Source of the DNA: Ramazzottius varieornatus
Lineage: Eukaryota; Animalia; Tardigrada
Length of the DNA stretch: 64,000 nt
Direction: 5' to 3'
NCBI GenBank assembly: GCA_001949185.1
Contig: BDGG01000005.1
Location: 2,643,972-2,707,971 of the forward strand
The translations under genes were made by a program, and so were the position numbers. Position 1 is the stretch's first letter, and each line of letters opens with the position of its first letter. The notes beneath the pieces were generated by a model. It was not told where the DNA came from. It ran no database searches and was given only the letters and a program-made list of their open reading frames with translations. Positions 63,113 to 64,000 of this stretch are shown piece after piece.

Positions 63113-64000
63113 CTTCCTTCCTGTGGAGTTCCACTGGCGACAAGGTCCGTTCGTACAGGAAAAGAAGGTTCAGACGTTGGATTTGATTCGTTGATTAGGT
63201 CATCCTAGCTATTGAGACGTCCGGTTCATCGGAGGTTTGTCCGCAGATTCGGACTATGATTATCTACGACAGTTCAATGCTTTACAGATAAAGTGAAATA
63301 CTTGAAGGTAAGCAAAATCGTCGGTCGATCTAGGGAGGTTTTCGGACAAAGTACCCCGATCGCGATGCTGCACCTGGGAAATCAAAAGCCGTACCTTACG
63401 GTATGTGTTGGGGGGAAGTTGAGTAATCGGCGGGATTCTGAGTCAGAAGGTCCACAAGCCGACGAGAAGAAATTTCGACGAAGCACCTTCCAGCGTTCAC
63501 TTATTATGATGTATTGGTACAGGCGTGGAATATGTACGAAGGGAAACAATAATAACCATCGGTTGAAAGCTTTGTATTAGAAAATCGTTCACAACATGAC
63601 TCGAACGAGGTTGTAATACCTTCGATTTTGAGCGAGCTGTGCACATGGCATCTCGTAGCTGCGATCAATGTTAACGCTGTACTACCGGCGCGCTAAGGTA
63701 CGCGAAAAAGCCCTGGAAGCTGCGAGCATACGCGTTCATAACAAGCCAGACTGCTGCGTGTCGGTCCGAAGTATACCGTGTATCGACCATGTATCGAGGC
63801 ACAACGGAAAGATCTCTTCGTTTTTTACAGCAGATCTTGAGCTACATATCATACCTTGTTGTGACACATTTCGGATTCACGGACGCTGATGACCAGTGGA
63901 ACAAGTTTTTTACCGTAGCATTGAACCCCGGTAATCGGCCAAGTGCAATGGTCACTTACTGTTGCGTGTTATCATCACACTCGGCACGTGACTTTGTTTT

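Overview
Eukaryotic (invertebrate animal) genomic DNA with short GT-AG introns. The compact gene layout and the expanded receptor guanylyl cyclases would fit a tardigrade-like genome, but that is inference only. Host genes, left to right: the 3' part of a plant-type (PSPG-box, unanchored) UDP-glycosyltransferase; three tandem minus-strand receptor guanylyl cyclase paralogues (one plausibly intact, two damaged); a small Pro/Gln-rich membrane protein; DDX23/Prp28; an SLC6 transporter; a DCAF17-like gene; and four tiny Gly/Tyr-rich, probably GPI-anchored proteins. From about 10 to 37 kb the window is a nest of decayed mobile elements: two related CR1/L2-group LINEs (one with a 121-unit (TTA)n tail), a DIRS/Ngaro tyrosine-recombinase retroelement, hAT pieces and many MITEs. 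A PIF/Harbinger-group element lies at 47.8-50.8 kb. The standout is a roughly 10-kb Ty3/Gypsy element (minus strand, about 15.5-25.1 kb) built like a complex endogenous retrovirus. It has a three-zinc-finger module in front of RT and an env in the same frame as pol that resembles class III (rhabdo/nyami/chuvirus-like) viral fusion glycoproteins. The env shows a signal peptide, a furin site, a large Pro/Gln-rich insert, a TM anchor and a Cys-rich tail, and two further signal-peptide ORFs lie downstream. All homology calls come from motif recognition by eye; no searches were run.
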